Assembly: GCA_030668825.1 (NCBI GenBank)
Contig: DAOVET010000007.1
Coordinates: forward strand, 1-56,328
Direction: 5' to 3'
Source of the DNA: Candidatus Heimdallarchaeota archaeon
Lineage (GTDB): Archaea; Asgardarchaeota; Heimdallarchaeia; Heimdallarchaeales; Heimdallarchaeaceae
Length of the DNA stretch: 56,328 bases
Under the pieces are notes generated by a model, which had not been told where the DNA came from, searched no databases, and saw only the letters and a program-made list of their open reading frames with translations. The translations under genes were made by a program, and so were the position numbers. This document shows, in pieces, positions 1 to 9,811 of the stretch (the first letter of the stretch is position 1; each line of letters opens with the position of its first letter).

Positions 1-1221
1 TTTCCATACTCCACTACCTCCAGTATCATTAGCTGAGACTTGAAATGTTGCGCTCTTAATTTCAACTTTAATATCAATTCTTTCACCAGCTGAAGGCTCA
101 ACTAAATTTTCTCCAACTAGTACTTTTACTATTCCTGTTGGGTCTATTTGTTCTATTAAAGTTATCACATATTCAGATACTGAAAGAGTTTCGGAATATG
201 CTGTAACTGTGATGTTATACTCACCTACACTTGAATAAAGATGATATATAGTATCATACGATATATTTGCAATTGATTGTATTCCTGACAAATCACCCCA
301 ATCAATTTCTACAAGTGTTATATTTGAATGAGGTGCTGAAGCTACATACATTAAGCTGTAATTTAGAGAATTAGAATATCTTTCTCCTGTTAATTCTATT
401 TCGGGAGTAGTGTCTACTATTGTTACTACATGAGCCCTATTCTCATGTAGAACTCTACTTTGAAGTGTCATATTATCATTTTGTATTATGAAACCTCTCA
501 CTTCTACTTCGGTCCCTACTTCAAATGAGTGATTAAAGGATAAACTAACATTTCTAAATGTTATACTCGTATCAACAAGAGCAACTGTAACATTTAGGAA
601 ATCAGTATCATGTTCAGGAGTTACTTCACGGTAACTCAGCCCATATCCCGTAATATTGTACTTATACATTGTCAAATTATACTTAATATCATTGAGTTGT
701 GTGTAAAAATCTGGGATAAGAGTAGATAGTACCCTGGGTGAAATTGTTATTAAATGTGGAACGCGAAAATCATTTTCATATACCCCATATCTGACAATAA
801 ATGATATGAAATTAGAAATTATGAAAAATGTATGATTATAATAAGCAGAATCATCTGATTCTAATTCAGTTCTTTCATAATCATAGGTCATCAAGATCCC
901 AATATTCCAAGAAAGATTCCCTACACCATCATCACCAAATAAAATAGGAGCTGATAAATTATCTCCACCTGCAAAAGAATACCAAATTGTTACATTTTTA
1001 TATAGTTCTGTTGTGTAAATTGCTCCACGACGCAATGTGATACTTTGCGATTCTAATAAAGTAGCATTGCCATCTGTTCCTCTAAAAATGGGTTTAATAT
1101 CAACATCTAATGTGGGGAGAGCGTTTTGAGGATCATTCTGTTCACTTTTAGTAATAGTGGTTAAACTCATACTAAATACAAGAGCTAGTAGTACCAAAGG
1201 TATGACAGTACGTTTTTTCAT
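1..1221 (-). CDS. Secreted/cell-surface glycoprotein with PKD-like domain (partial, runs off the window start)
   Basis: Not in the ORF track. My translation from ATG at 1221 is open to position 1: signal-peptide-like MKKRTVIPLVLLALVFSMSL, many N-x-S/T sequons, and PKD-like IDWGD...HLYSSVGEYNITVTAY. Confidence 0.8.
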   Translation of the reverse strand, partial: MKKRTVIPLVLLALVFSMSLTTITKSEQNDPQNALPTLDVDIKPIFRGTDGNATLLESQSITLRRGAIYTTELYKNVTIWYSFAGGDNLSAPILFGDDGVGNLSWNIGILMTYDYERTELESDDSAYYNHTFFIISNFISFIVRYGVYENDFRVPHLITISPRVLSTLIPDFYTQLNDIKYNLTMYKYNITGYGLSYREVTPEHDTDFLNVTVALVDTSITFRNVSLSFNHSFEVGTEVEVRGFIIQNDNMTLQSRVLHENRAHVVTIVDTTPEIELTGERYSNSLNYSLMYVASAPHSNITLVEIDWGDLSGIQSIANISYDTIYHLYSSVGEYNITVTAYSETLSVSEYVITLIEQIDPTGIVKVLVGENLVEPSAGERIDIKVEIKSATFQVSANDTGGSGVWK

Positions 1222-1327
1222 CAATGAATTCACCGAATAGCTAGGCTGTTCTTATTAGGTTTCGGAAATCATCCGCATTTTTAAACTTTTTCGAACTTGA
1301 TTTTATCAAATTTTTTAGAAAAGCTAT

Positions 1328-2683
1328 TCAAGGAAATAGTTCAACCCTTTTTGTAGAAAGATATGGGGCTAGAACACTATATGGAGTATTAACTGGCCTA
1401 ACAACCTTTCGATCTTTTAGAAAAAGCGGATCTTCAGATAAAACTTCAAACATATTTCCAATTACATCAAAAGTAGGTAAAGCTCCACTAATTGAACCAT
1501 TTTCGATTCTATATGCATCATTTGCGGATATTTTAAATATACCAGAATGATGATCTGCGGTCATGTATCCTTGTGTGGAATTAATTAAGATGCACTCTTT
1601 TGTATCATCGTACATTTCTTCCAAAGATGTTCTTCCTTCACCAATTATTAAATTAGATGGATAGATTTCGGGGTAAGCTTGAAAGTTTCTTGGGAAAGCT
1701 TCAAACATTTTTACTCTGAAGGAATTTCCAGTTCTTTTAGCTGGTTCAACCTCATATTGACAGTTATTTAGTGCTGTTTGGAAAGAACCGTTTCTGATGA
1801 TTATGGTTCTTGATTGACTTATTCCTTCATCATCAAATGCTGTGGAGTTGGGAAGCCCTGGAACAGTTCCGTCATCAATTAAATTAAAATCTGATGAGAA
1901 ATCTTGCTCAGCTAATTTTCCTGCATCACCCAATTTCAGATGAGGTATAATTGTGAATGAAAAAATCTGTGATAGAGCCATTGGTGAGAAAATCACTGGA
2001 ACCTCAGTGTTTATTGTGTTTTCATCCATGGTAGACCTTTGGATAGCTTCCTGTACTAAATCTTCAACGATGCTAGATACTGAACTTGGTATTTGACGAC
2101 TAGTTAGATGTTTTTCTGAACTTGAAATCAGGTCAAATCCCCTATAGAGAGCTCTAAGATTGATATCACTCCAAGTACTTTTTTCAAAAGCTAGTGATTG
2201 TGTAGAATTAGCAATTATCTTTCTTTCTAAGGAAAATCGAATTGAACCATCTAGAATAATATCTTTCATTTTGTCTTCTAAATCATTCAAGGAATATGAC
2301 AGTGAATAAATTTCTTCTTCATTCATAGCCGCTATTCTTTTGTCATAAATCTTATCAATCTCATCTTGAGATATCTTAATTTCAGGAAACTCAAATTTAG
2401 GAGAATCAATTGGAAAAGATACAATTGTATTTATTTTATCTATATCAGATAAAACAGATTTGAGAGGAAAACATGCAAAATAGAGCCTATCATCTTTAAA
2501 GAATCTAATAGCACAACCTTCTCTATTGATGGATTGAAAAACTTTTGGAGTTCTATATTCAGTTCCACCCATCATATGTGAAAGTGATTGTACATATACT
2601 TCTGCTTCCTTAAAACTAAACTTTTGATCAAGTTTATGCAGCACTCTGATGCTTAATTCTTTTAATTCTTCATCAGTATACAT
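1328..2683 (-). CDS. pmbA: TldE/PmbA family protein
   Basis: FDDEG motif, TGN..R, D..SG.F; no HExxxH; overlaps the tldD-like gene by 1 nt. Confidence 0.8.
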   Translation of the reverse strand: MYTDEELKELSIRVLHKLDQKFSFKEAEVYVQSLSHMMGGTEYRTPKVFQSINREGCAIRFFKDDRLYFACFPLKSVLSDIDKINTIVSFPIDSPKFEFPEIKISQDEIDKIYDKRIAAMNEEEIYSLSYSLNDLEDKMKDIILDGSIRFSLERKIIANSTQSLAFEKSTWSDINLRALYRGFDLISSSEKHLTSRQIPSSVSSIVEDLVQEAIQRSTMDENTINTEVPVIFSPMALSQIFSFTIIPHLKLGDAGKLAEQDFSSDFNLIDDGTVPGLPNSTAFDDEGISQSRTIIIRNGSFQTALNNCQYEVEPAKRTGNSFRVKMFEAFPRNFQAYPEIYPSNLIIGEGRTSLEEMYDDTKECILINSTQGYMTADHHSGIFKISANDAYRIENGSISGALPTFDVIGNMFEVLSEDPLFLKDRKVVRPVNTPYSVLAPYLSTKRVELFP

Positions 2684-4086
2684 TAGCTAACCCTCACCTC
2701 AGATATAGTTATCTTTGGTCCAATAGAACCAACAAACACACGTTGATTATTCTTAACACAACTTCCTGGTTGAGCAATAATCTTGTCACTTATTAATTCA
2801 ATCTTGGAAAGAGTATCCATCATAGTGCCACTGATTTGGAATTGAAGTATATAATCACCCAATTCCCCATCTTTTATTTCTCTACCAAATTGAGCATCAA
2901 GGTTGAATTCACCTGTTTGAGGTTCTGAAGAACCCCCAAGTCCATCGCCGATATACAAACCATTTTTCACGTGCTCAAAGAGCTCTTCTTCAGAATAATC
3001 TTTTGGCTCAAAGAAGAAATTACTCATTCTTACCTGTGGTAGAAATTCGAAATTACTAGCTCTGTAGTTAGAAGAAGATTCAGTCCCCATAGCTGCTGCT
3101 GATAATCTACTATGTAAGAAATCAGTTAAAATTCCTTCATCAACTAACAAATTTCCTCTTCCTTTAACACCTTCAGAATCAAATTCGTAATAACCTAAAG
3201 ATTCTATATATGGGTCATCTATAACACTTACAACAGATGGAGCTATTTTCATTCCTAGAAGACCACTACTAAAAGAACGACCTGAAAGAACGTTATCAGC
3301 TTCTAATGAGTGTCCAAAAACTTCGTGGTTCAGTGTCCATGCCATATCCTCACTTAGAACAGAGTTGTACACCCCTTGTTCAACGTTTTTAGCCTTTTGT
3401 ATATTATTAATTGTTTCAATAAAACCTAGTGTTTCTTCCATTTTATCGAAAGGAAGAATTTCTAATCCACCCATTCCACCATAGGATTTGTAATATTTTA
3501 GTTGGTTTCCATTTTTAGATAATCTACCTGTTAAAGTGAGGATCACATAAGGATATTCTTGATAAACTTTTGTACCTTCAGAATTTCTAAATTTTTCTGA
3601 CCAATTAATTAACTGAATATCAGTCTCTATGCTGCAATCCACTCTCAAAAACTCATTGATAAAAGAATCTAAATCTTTAATTTTCTCCTCAAATTCCTCA
3701 TTTCCTAAATCTACCCAATTAATTTTAGGTTTCTTAACAGTAGATGAATCAGCTACTGGGGCATCTGCTAGTTCTGAAATTCCTTTTTTCCAATTTGTTA
3801 GTAATTTAGAAACACTAATTGCTTTCTTTATCTCTTTCTCAGCAAATCTAATTCCCGGAGTTGAAGTAAAGGTCACAATACCTTCTGAGAGCATTCGAAT
3901 CCCATACCCAGAATTAATGCAATTTCTTTCATCTACAATTTTACCATTTTGAGCAATAATATTCTTGTTAACTACTCTACCATGACGTACATCTGTATAG
4001 GACGTTCCTTGTTTTATAGAAGTTTCAATCAGTGAATCTAAGGTTTCGATAAATTGCACCCTAATGCCATTACATAACTTTAACAT
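2683..4086 (-). CDS. tldD: TldD family metalloprotease (start may be GTG at 4059)
   Basis: HEVFGHSLEAD zinc motif, FDSEG, VRMSN, C-terminal GSCVK cysteine ligand. Confidence 0.88.
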   Translation of the reverse strand: MLKLCNGIRVQFIETLDSLIETSIKQGTSYTDVRHGRVVNKNIIAQNGKIVDERNCINSGYGIRMLSEGIVTFTSTPGIRFAEKEIKKAISVSKLLTNWKKGISELADAPVADSSTVKKPKINWVDLGNEEFEEKIKDLDSFINEFLRVDCSIETDIQLINWSEKFRNSEGTKVYQEYPYVILTLTGRLSKNGNQLKYYKSYGGMGGLEILPFDKMEETLGFIETINNIQKAKNVEQGVYNSVLSEDMAWTLNHEVFGHSLEADNVLSGRSFSSGLLGMKIAPSVVSVIDDPYIESLGYYEFDSEGVKGRGNLLVDEGILTDFLHSRLSAAAMGTESSSNYRASNFEFLPQVRMSNFFFEPKDYSEEELFEHVKNGLYIGDGLGGSSEPQTGEFNLDAQFGREIKDGELGDYILQFQISGTMMDTLSKIELISDKIIAQPGSCVKNNQRVFVGSIGPKITISEVRVS

Positions 4087-4161
4087 ATAAATAAGTAACC
4101 AAATGGCAAAATTTGAAGGTATATAGGAAAACTTTTCTTATCCTCGTGGAAGAATAATGTA

Positions 4162-4818
4162 ATGAACATTGCTATTTGCTGTGATTTTGACGGAACTATA
4201 ACTTTGACAGATACAGGAAAAGAAATGCTAACTTCTTTAACAAATAAAGACTGGCAGTATTATGATAAATTAGTAATAAACGGTGAAATTGGTACTAGAG
4301 CAGCTTTAGTCAAGCAATGGGGTATGATTGAATATACAACTATGGATGAAATATTCGAAATCGTTGACAGAATAAAGATAGACCCCACATTTTTAGATTT
4401 TTACAACTGGATTAAAAAAAGTGAAATCTTTTTTATCGTTCTCTCAGATGGTTTTAATACCTATATTACCAGAATTCTTGAGAATCATGGAATCGACAGT
4501 GAAAAGCTGGAAATAAGAGCTAATGACATGGAATTAATTGACAATAAAATTCATCTAAAATTTCTAACTGATAATTGTGAGCATGATTGTGCAAACTGTA
4601 AATATTCGCAAGTATTGAGAATCAAAGAGGAACATGATAAAGTGGTTTACATAGGTGATGGACTTTCTGACATCCTTCCTTCTGAAAAGTTAGCTGATTA
4701 TATTATTGCTAAAAGAAATGAAGACTTAGCCAAAAAACTCCATGAAGATCCTAGATTGGTAGAATTTTCCAATTTTAAAGATGTTCAGAACTTTCTAGAA
4801 AAAATACTAAATGAGTAA
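4162..4818 (+). CDS. HAD-IB family phosphatase, MtnX-like
   Basis: DFDGTIT motif I, LSDG, C..C..CK and GDGLSD motifs. Confidence 0.8.
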   Translation: MNIAICCDFDGTITLTDTGKEMLTSLTNKDWQYYDKLVINGEIGTRAALVKQWGMIEYTTMDEIFEIVDRIKIDPTFLDFYNWIKKSEIFFIVLSDGFNTYITRILENHGIDSEKLEIRANDMELIDNKIHLKFLTDNCEHDCANCKYSQVLRIKEEHDKVVYIGDGLSDILPSEKLADYIIAKRNEDLAKKLHEDPRLVEFSNFKDVQNFLEKILNE

Positions 4819-4824
4819 TTTGCA

Positions 4825-5466
4825 TCACATATCATCTATTGAAATGAAAGGATTTTCTAGTTTTTCATTGCCAATATAAGTGGTTGGTCCATGACCTGGA
4901 TAAACTTTCGTTTCATCAGGGAGTTCATATAAACCCATAACTGATTGAAACAAAGTATCATAATCTCCACCAGGTAAATCAGTTCTTCCAATACCCTTGT
5001 TAAATAGTACATCACCTGAAATCAAGTACTCATCGAAATAGTAACAGATACTTCCTGGAGTATGCCCAGGAGACAAAATTGCTTTAATCTCTATATCTCC
5101 AACATTGAATGTATCTTCATCTTTAACAAAAATATCACATTTTCCTATTGATTTTGATTTGAAACCAAACATTCTAGCAAAGGGACCTAAACTTTTGAGA
5201 ACTTCTTCTTCTCTTTCATTATATACTAGTCTAGCTTCAGGAAATAACACTCTTATGTCCTCCAAACCTAGCACATGATCAAAATGTAGATGAGTACAGA
5301 ATAAATACTTCACAGACAATTGTTCTCTTTCAATAATTGATAGAATTTGGTTGATCTCCCCACCTACATCAAATAGAGCAGCTTCTTTCTTAACTTCATC
5401 ATAGAGAAGGTAACAGTTAGTTTTTATTGGACCTGTTTCTTCTGTTATAATTTTTATTTCGCTCAT
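4825..5466 (-). CDS. MBL-fold metallo-hydrolase (glyoxalase II-like)
   Basis: THLHFDH, PGHTPGS, SGDVLF, GRTDLPGG, PGHG motifs. Confidence 0.9.
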   Translation of the reverse strand: MSEIKIITEETGPIKTNCYLLYDEVKKEAALFDVGGEINQILSIIEREQLSVKYLFCTHLHFDHVLGLEDIRVLFPEARLVYNEREEEVLKSLGPFARMFGFKSKSIGKCDIFVKDEDTFNVGDIEIKAILSPGHTPGSICYYFDEYLISGDVLFNKGIGRTDLPGGDYDTLFQSVMGLYELPDETKVYPGHGPTTYIGNEKLENPFISIDDM

Positions 5467-5554
5467 AAACTGCTATTTTATCTCTCTTTTTTAAGCTCTT
5501 CGCAATGAAATGATAGCTTTTTTAATCACCAAGTTATTAAGAATGTGAGAGAAA

Positions 5555-6442
5555 TTGACCAACCATACTCTAGATTCAGAGGAAGATGAAGTAGAGATTA
5601 TTTTAGAAGAATTAGAAGAAGATTCTAAAGAATTTGTCAAATCAAGTAAGTATGAGAAAAAAAATCTAGAAATCAAGGACACATATATTGTTGACACCTA
5701 TGAATTGGATGAAGGTCTAGATTCGCATATTGAAGATATTCAAGCTGAGAAAATAATAGTAACATCATCAGAGAAAATTCAAGAGATTCTTAATGAGTAT
5801 GAGAAAACAAGAAAGAACAAAGATAGAGTCCTGATGATTGATAAGATAGCTGAACTCCTCCCAAACAGTGATTTAGAGGAATTTCTCAAAGAAATAGCTT
5901 TCAAAGATTCTTATTCTCTCTGTAGAGTAAAAGCTGTTTCCTTGTTAGCTGATCTTACTGACAAATCTGAAGTTAAAAGATTATTAATTAGGAAATTAGA
6001 CGATAGTTCTCCAAAAGTAAGATTGTGGGCAGTATGGGGATTAAGACCCATTATCCATGACACTGAAATTCAAGAAGTTTTTATTAATAAAGTTAAATAT
6101 TTTGAGAAATCAAAACGAGTTAAACTTTGGTTGATTCGGGCTTTAAGTGATCGAATTAATGATAAAAAAATGCAAGATACTTTTCTATATTTGCTTAAAT
6201 CGAAACCAGATAATGAGACTAGAAAACTTCTACTTTTCTATCTACTTCAAAAAGCAAACGAAGAGAATACAGCTTATGAATTGTCTCGTTATGTGTTGAA
6301 AGAAGCTAATCGAGATATTCGCAAGGAAATTGTAAAAAAACTTGTAATGCTTGAAAATGAGGATGTCAAATATTCTCTAGAAAAATTGTTCAAAACCGAG
6401 AGAGATGAAGAAATAAGGGAGATTATACAAACCACCTTTTAA
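5555..6442 (+). CDS. HEAT-repeat protein with acidic N-terminus
   Basis: Repeated helical units such as DSYSLCRVKAVSLL, DDSSPKVRLWAVWGL, EKSKRVKLWLIRAL; TTG start. Confidence 0.7.
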   Translation: MTNHTLDSEEDEVEIILEELEEDSKEFVKSSKYEKKNLEIKDTYIVDTYELDEGLDSHIEDIQAEKIIVTSSEKIQEILNEYEKTRKNKDRVLMIDKIAELLPNSDLEEFLKEIAFKDSYSLCRVKAVSLLADLTDKSEVKRLLIRKLDDSSPKVRLWAVWGLRPIIHDTEIQEVFINKVKYFEKSKRVKLWLIRALSDRINDKKMQDTFLYLLKSKPDNETRKLLLFYLLQKANEENTAYELSRYVLKEANRDIRKEIVKKLVMLENEDVKYSLEKLFKTERDEEIREIIQTTF

Positions 6443-6566
6443 TAGGAAGTTTTTCAACTAAATTACATCTTGAACCTTAGACATGAGTGAGAAGATTGTT
6501 AAAGATAAACATGAAAATCGAGATATCAAATAAAGTGAAAAGAAGATTAGAAAGAGGACCAACAAT

Positions 6567-8084
6567 TTAGTTATTGGTAATTTCATTTTCTTGATTTAAT
6601 GAGTTGTTGTTTCTAAAGTTAATTTTCCCTCTTAAATAAGAGGATATAACAGCTAAAATACCCAATCCAACAGCTACGAAGAATGCTATTTTGATGCTCA
6701 TCAATAGAAGAGGACTATGTTGTGAGATTGATAAGGTTACTGGAATTATAGGTAATAGAAATTCTGTTTTGAATTGAAAAGCAGAGGAGGAGATATTAGG
6801 ACCAAGAATTACTGAAAACAGTAGAGTAGCAAAACCTAAACTAATAGATTGACCAATTGTTCGCATTGTTCCTATTAAAGCTGAAGCAACACCATACATT
6901 CTCTTTGGAACAGAACTCATAATAGAATTCGCATTAGGTGAAGAGAATAATCCAAATCCTATTCCACCAAGAAGCAAACCAAAAATTACTAAAACTATGT
7001 GTGTTTTCTGACTAACAAAAGCAAGCATAACCAGTCCTACTAATCCTGTTGCTACACCTATCGTTGTAATGGTTCTATGCTCTATTTTGTCAGAAAGTCT
7101 TCCACCAATCGGAGATAAAATAGCTTGTGCAATTGGTCTAGCCAGAAGTATCACACCTGCCAGGGATACTGAAAGATAGAGTACATCTTGTAGATAATAA
7201 TTCAGCAAAAGTGATGTTGAGGAAGTAGCCGTGTAAAAAAGAAAAGCTGTTAAATTAGCAAACGTGAAAAACCTGTTCTTCTTGAACAGTTTTAGCTCCA
7301 ATATAGGTATTTCTACTTTTCTCTCCCAGAATATGAAAAAAATCAGAGTTAAAACTGAAGCACCAATCAAATAATATCCATAACTTGTATTAATAGATCT
7401 GAAACCGTATAATAGTAGAAACAAGGTTACAATATAAATAACAGCTCCTACAAAATCTATCTTCTCCTTTTCTTCATTTTTCCATTCTCCTTTCAAAACA
7501 AATGCCATAAGGAAAGCGATGATGATCCCAAATGGAACAACACTAAAGAAAATGCTTCTCCACCCCAAGTGTTCAACAATAACTCCTCCTAGTGAAGGAC
7601 CAACAGTTAAACCTAGATAAACTGAACCGATACTAATCCCAAATGCTTTTCCTCTTTCTTCCTGTGGGTAAATAGATGTAAGTATGGCTGTTCCAGTAGC
7701 AAATACTAAAGCTGCACCAGATCCTTGAACGAACCGAAAAATTACTAACGTTGTTTCACTGTTCATAAACCCTAAGACTAAAGTTGCTGAAGTAAAAATT
7801 ATTGTTCCAATAATGTAGATTTTTTTCCTCCCATAATTATCAGAAATTTTACCAAAAGGAATCTGAAGCATGGCAGTGGCTAAAATATATATTGTAATAA
7901 TCCACCCCATTCCAGCTTCATCAAGTCCTGGAACATGTTGAGGACTGAGAGGGTTAGTCATTACTGGTGCCGCAACTGAAAATGCAGAGCCACTAAAAGC
8001 ACTGACAAATGATGATAGAGAAATAATTGAAAGAGCTGTAATTCTTTGTTTTCTAGCATCAGTATTAGATAATTGATTTGTCAT
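6567..8084 (-). CDS. MFS transporter, 14-TMS DHA2 (EmrB/QacA-like)
   Basis: GKISDNYGRKK motif A, FRFVQGSG, ERGKAFG, about 14 hydrophobic segments. Confidence 0.9.
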   Translation of the reverse strand: MTNQLSNTDARKQRITALSIISLSSFVSAFSGSAFSVAAPVMTNPLSPQHVPGLDEAGMGWIITIYILATAMLQIPFGKISDNYGRKKIYIIGTIIFTSATLVLGFMNSETTLVIFRFVQGSGAALVFATGTAILTSIYPQEERGKAFGISIGSVYLGLTVGPSLGGVIVEHLGWRSIFFSVVPFGIIIAFLMAFVLKGEWKNEEKEKIDFVGAVIYIVTLFLLLYGFRSINTSYGYYLIGASVLTLIFFIFWERKVEIPILELKLFKKNRFFTFANLTAFLFYTATSSTSLLLNYYLQDVLYLSVSLAGVILLARPIAQAILSPIGGRLSDKIEHRTITTIGVATGLVGLVMLAFVSQKTHIVLVIFGLLLGGIGFGLFSSPNANSIMSSVPKRMYGVASALIGTMRTIGQSISLGFATLLFSVILGPNISSSAFQFKTEFLLPIIPVTLSISQHSPLLLMSIKIAFFVAVGLGILAVISSYLRGKINFRNNNSLNQENEITNN

Positions 8085-8291
8085 TAGAAGACCCAGTATA
8101 GTTTACAGTTTTTGAACTTTTAATTGACAGTTATAAATATTCTTCCTTGATTCAAAAGAATTTCTTAGAATGTCCAGTTACAAAAGAAGGAGCATAAAAA
8201 AAGGAACTATCAGAACTAAAATTCAGCTAGTTAAAACTCCTGAAAAAGTCTCAAGGAAAACTATAAAAGTGTCTTTAACTATGATTTAACG

Positions 8292-9761
8292 ATGTTAAAA
8301 GGAAAACTCGTTGCAATACTTCTAGGTGGCTTGGTTGTAATATCGGGTTTATCTACAGGTATTTACTTTGGAGTATACCTTGCCACACATCCACCTAATG
8401 TTAGTGTAACAGTTATCTGGGATGAACCATCCAGTCATTCTGAAGAGAGAGCCAATCAAAGATATGTAAGATGCACAGAAGAACCTGATTATGTTGAAAT
8501 TTATATTGGTAAAGCTCCTTTCCTTGGGCCTTTAGACCTATTAGGGTGTATTGGGGAACTAAACGAAGCGCAATGGGTTTTAGATTCTTCTCTGAAATTG
8601 GAAAAAAATAGTAGTGGGTATTATACTGGAAAAACAATTATGAATTTTGATATCAATGAACATTATTTAATCAAAGTCCCTAATAAGTATAATGAAATTG
8701 ATTACCAAGATAAATACACAAGTTTCTTTCTTGATACTAATGCGGAAAAGAATGAAATTACAATACATTGGTGGACAACTTTTTCTGGGAGCATAAATCT
8801 AAATACAACTGTAATATGGGATGAGCCTGATAATGATACTTCTTCCTATTATTCCAAAGTAGAAACTGAACCAGAATATATTCAACTATGTTACTGGCCA
8901 GCTATTTTTAATTTCACACATGGTACATGCTTACCTGCGATAAGAGACATAAATGTTACCAAAATAAATAATTCAACATATTATAATGAAACTTCTTTTA
9001 CATTTAGATCGGATTCTTTATATTTTGTTAGAACTCCCTACACAGAAAGTTTTGGTGATAATTTAACATGTGCTTATATCAACATCTCTAAAGCAAGTCA
9101 TAATATTACATTACACCATTGGTCCTGGTCTTCAAATGTTCGGAAACCAGCAATTTATCTTTACAATTTGCAACAAACAATTTTTACAGAGTCACTTTCA
9201 GTTTATATACCAAATGGATTTGCTACACTGACAATACCAGAAGTTGAAATGTCTCAATTCATTTCATGGAACTCTTTTGATGTCTATCCTGGTTCTAAGA
9301 TTTTATACGAAGATGAATTCTATCCTTATTTATTTTATGAAGCTGGAATTTTCAGTGATTTTAGTAAACCTGAGTTTGGTTTGGTAATAGAAAAGATTGA
9401 TGACATCTACATTTTAAATGGTATATGTTATTCCAGAATTCAATTGCTTAATTATCTAAGTGATGCTCTTCTTGACTTAGGATTATATGAAAATGAGGTT
9501 GCAGAATTCATAGATTACTGGTTTTTTGAACAAGATCTATTCCTCGATGATGGAACTCATATTCTCCAACAACTATCTACTGAATGGATCAGCTTTAACT
9601 TCCAACTTTCAACAACAAAACTATACTCACAGAATAGACTATTCTTCAAGTACTATTACTCAAAATCCAGAGGTTTGGATATTAATCTAAAGAATCCAAG
9701 GAATGTTTTAGTGAGTCAGAATACGAACTACATCTTACATGAATGGGGAATAATTTTCTAG
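8292..9761 (+). CDS. Membrane-anchored protein with two internal repeats and a C-terminal KPxIYLY domain
   Basis: N-terminal TM helix; TVIWDEP repeated 133 aa apart; C-terminal RKPAIYLY...YPYLFYEA...EFIDYW...LHEWG. Confidence 0.7.
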   Translation: MLKGKLVAILLGGLVVISGLSTGIYFGVYLATHPPNVSVTVIWDEPSSHSEERANQRYVRCTEEPDYVEIYIGKAPFLGPLDLLGCIGELNEAQWVLDSSLKLEKNSSGYYTGKTIMNFDINEHYLIKVPNKYNEIDYQDKYTSFFLDTNAEKNEITIHWWTTFSGSINLNTTVIWDEPDNDTSSYYSKVETEPEYIQLCYWPAIFNFTHGTCLPAIRDINVTKINNSTYYNETSFTFRSDSLYFVRTPYTESFGDNLTCAYINISKASHNITLHHWSWSSNVRKPAIYLYNLQQTIFTESLSVYIPNGFATLTIPEVEMSQFISWNSFDVYPGSKILYEDEFYPYLFYEAGIFSDFSKPEFGLVIEKIDDIYILNGICYSRIQLLNYLSDALLDLGLYENEVAEFIDYWFFEQDLFLDDGTHILQQLSTEWISFNFQLSTTKLYSQNRLFFKYYYSKSRGLDINLKNPRNVLVSQNTNYILHEWGIIF

Positions 9762-9811
9762 AAAAAATGAAAAAAAAGAGGTTTGATAGCAATAGTTTTT
9801 TTAGAGAAAAA
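9762..9811. terminator. Probable bidirectional oligo-T terminator region between convergent genes
   Basis: An A-run (T-run on the minus strand) and a T-run on the plus strand lie between the convergent stops at 9761 and 9812. Confidence 0.4.

Noticed and set aside
6483-6570. Short plus-strand ORF MSEKIVKDKHENRDIK*
   Set aside because: Too short to support; may be a remnant but cannot be assigned.
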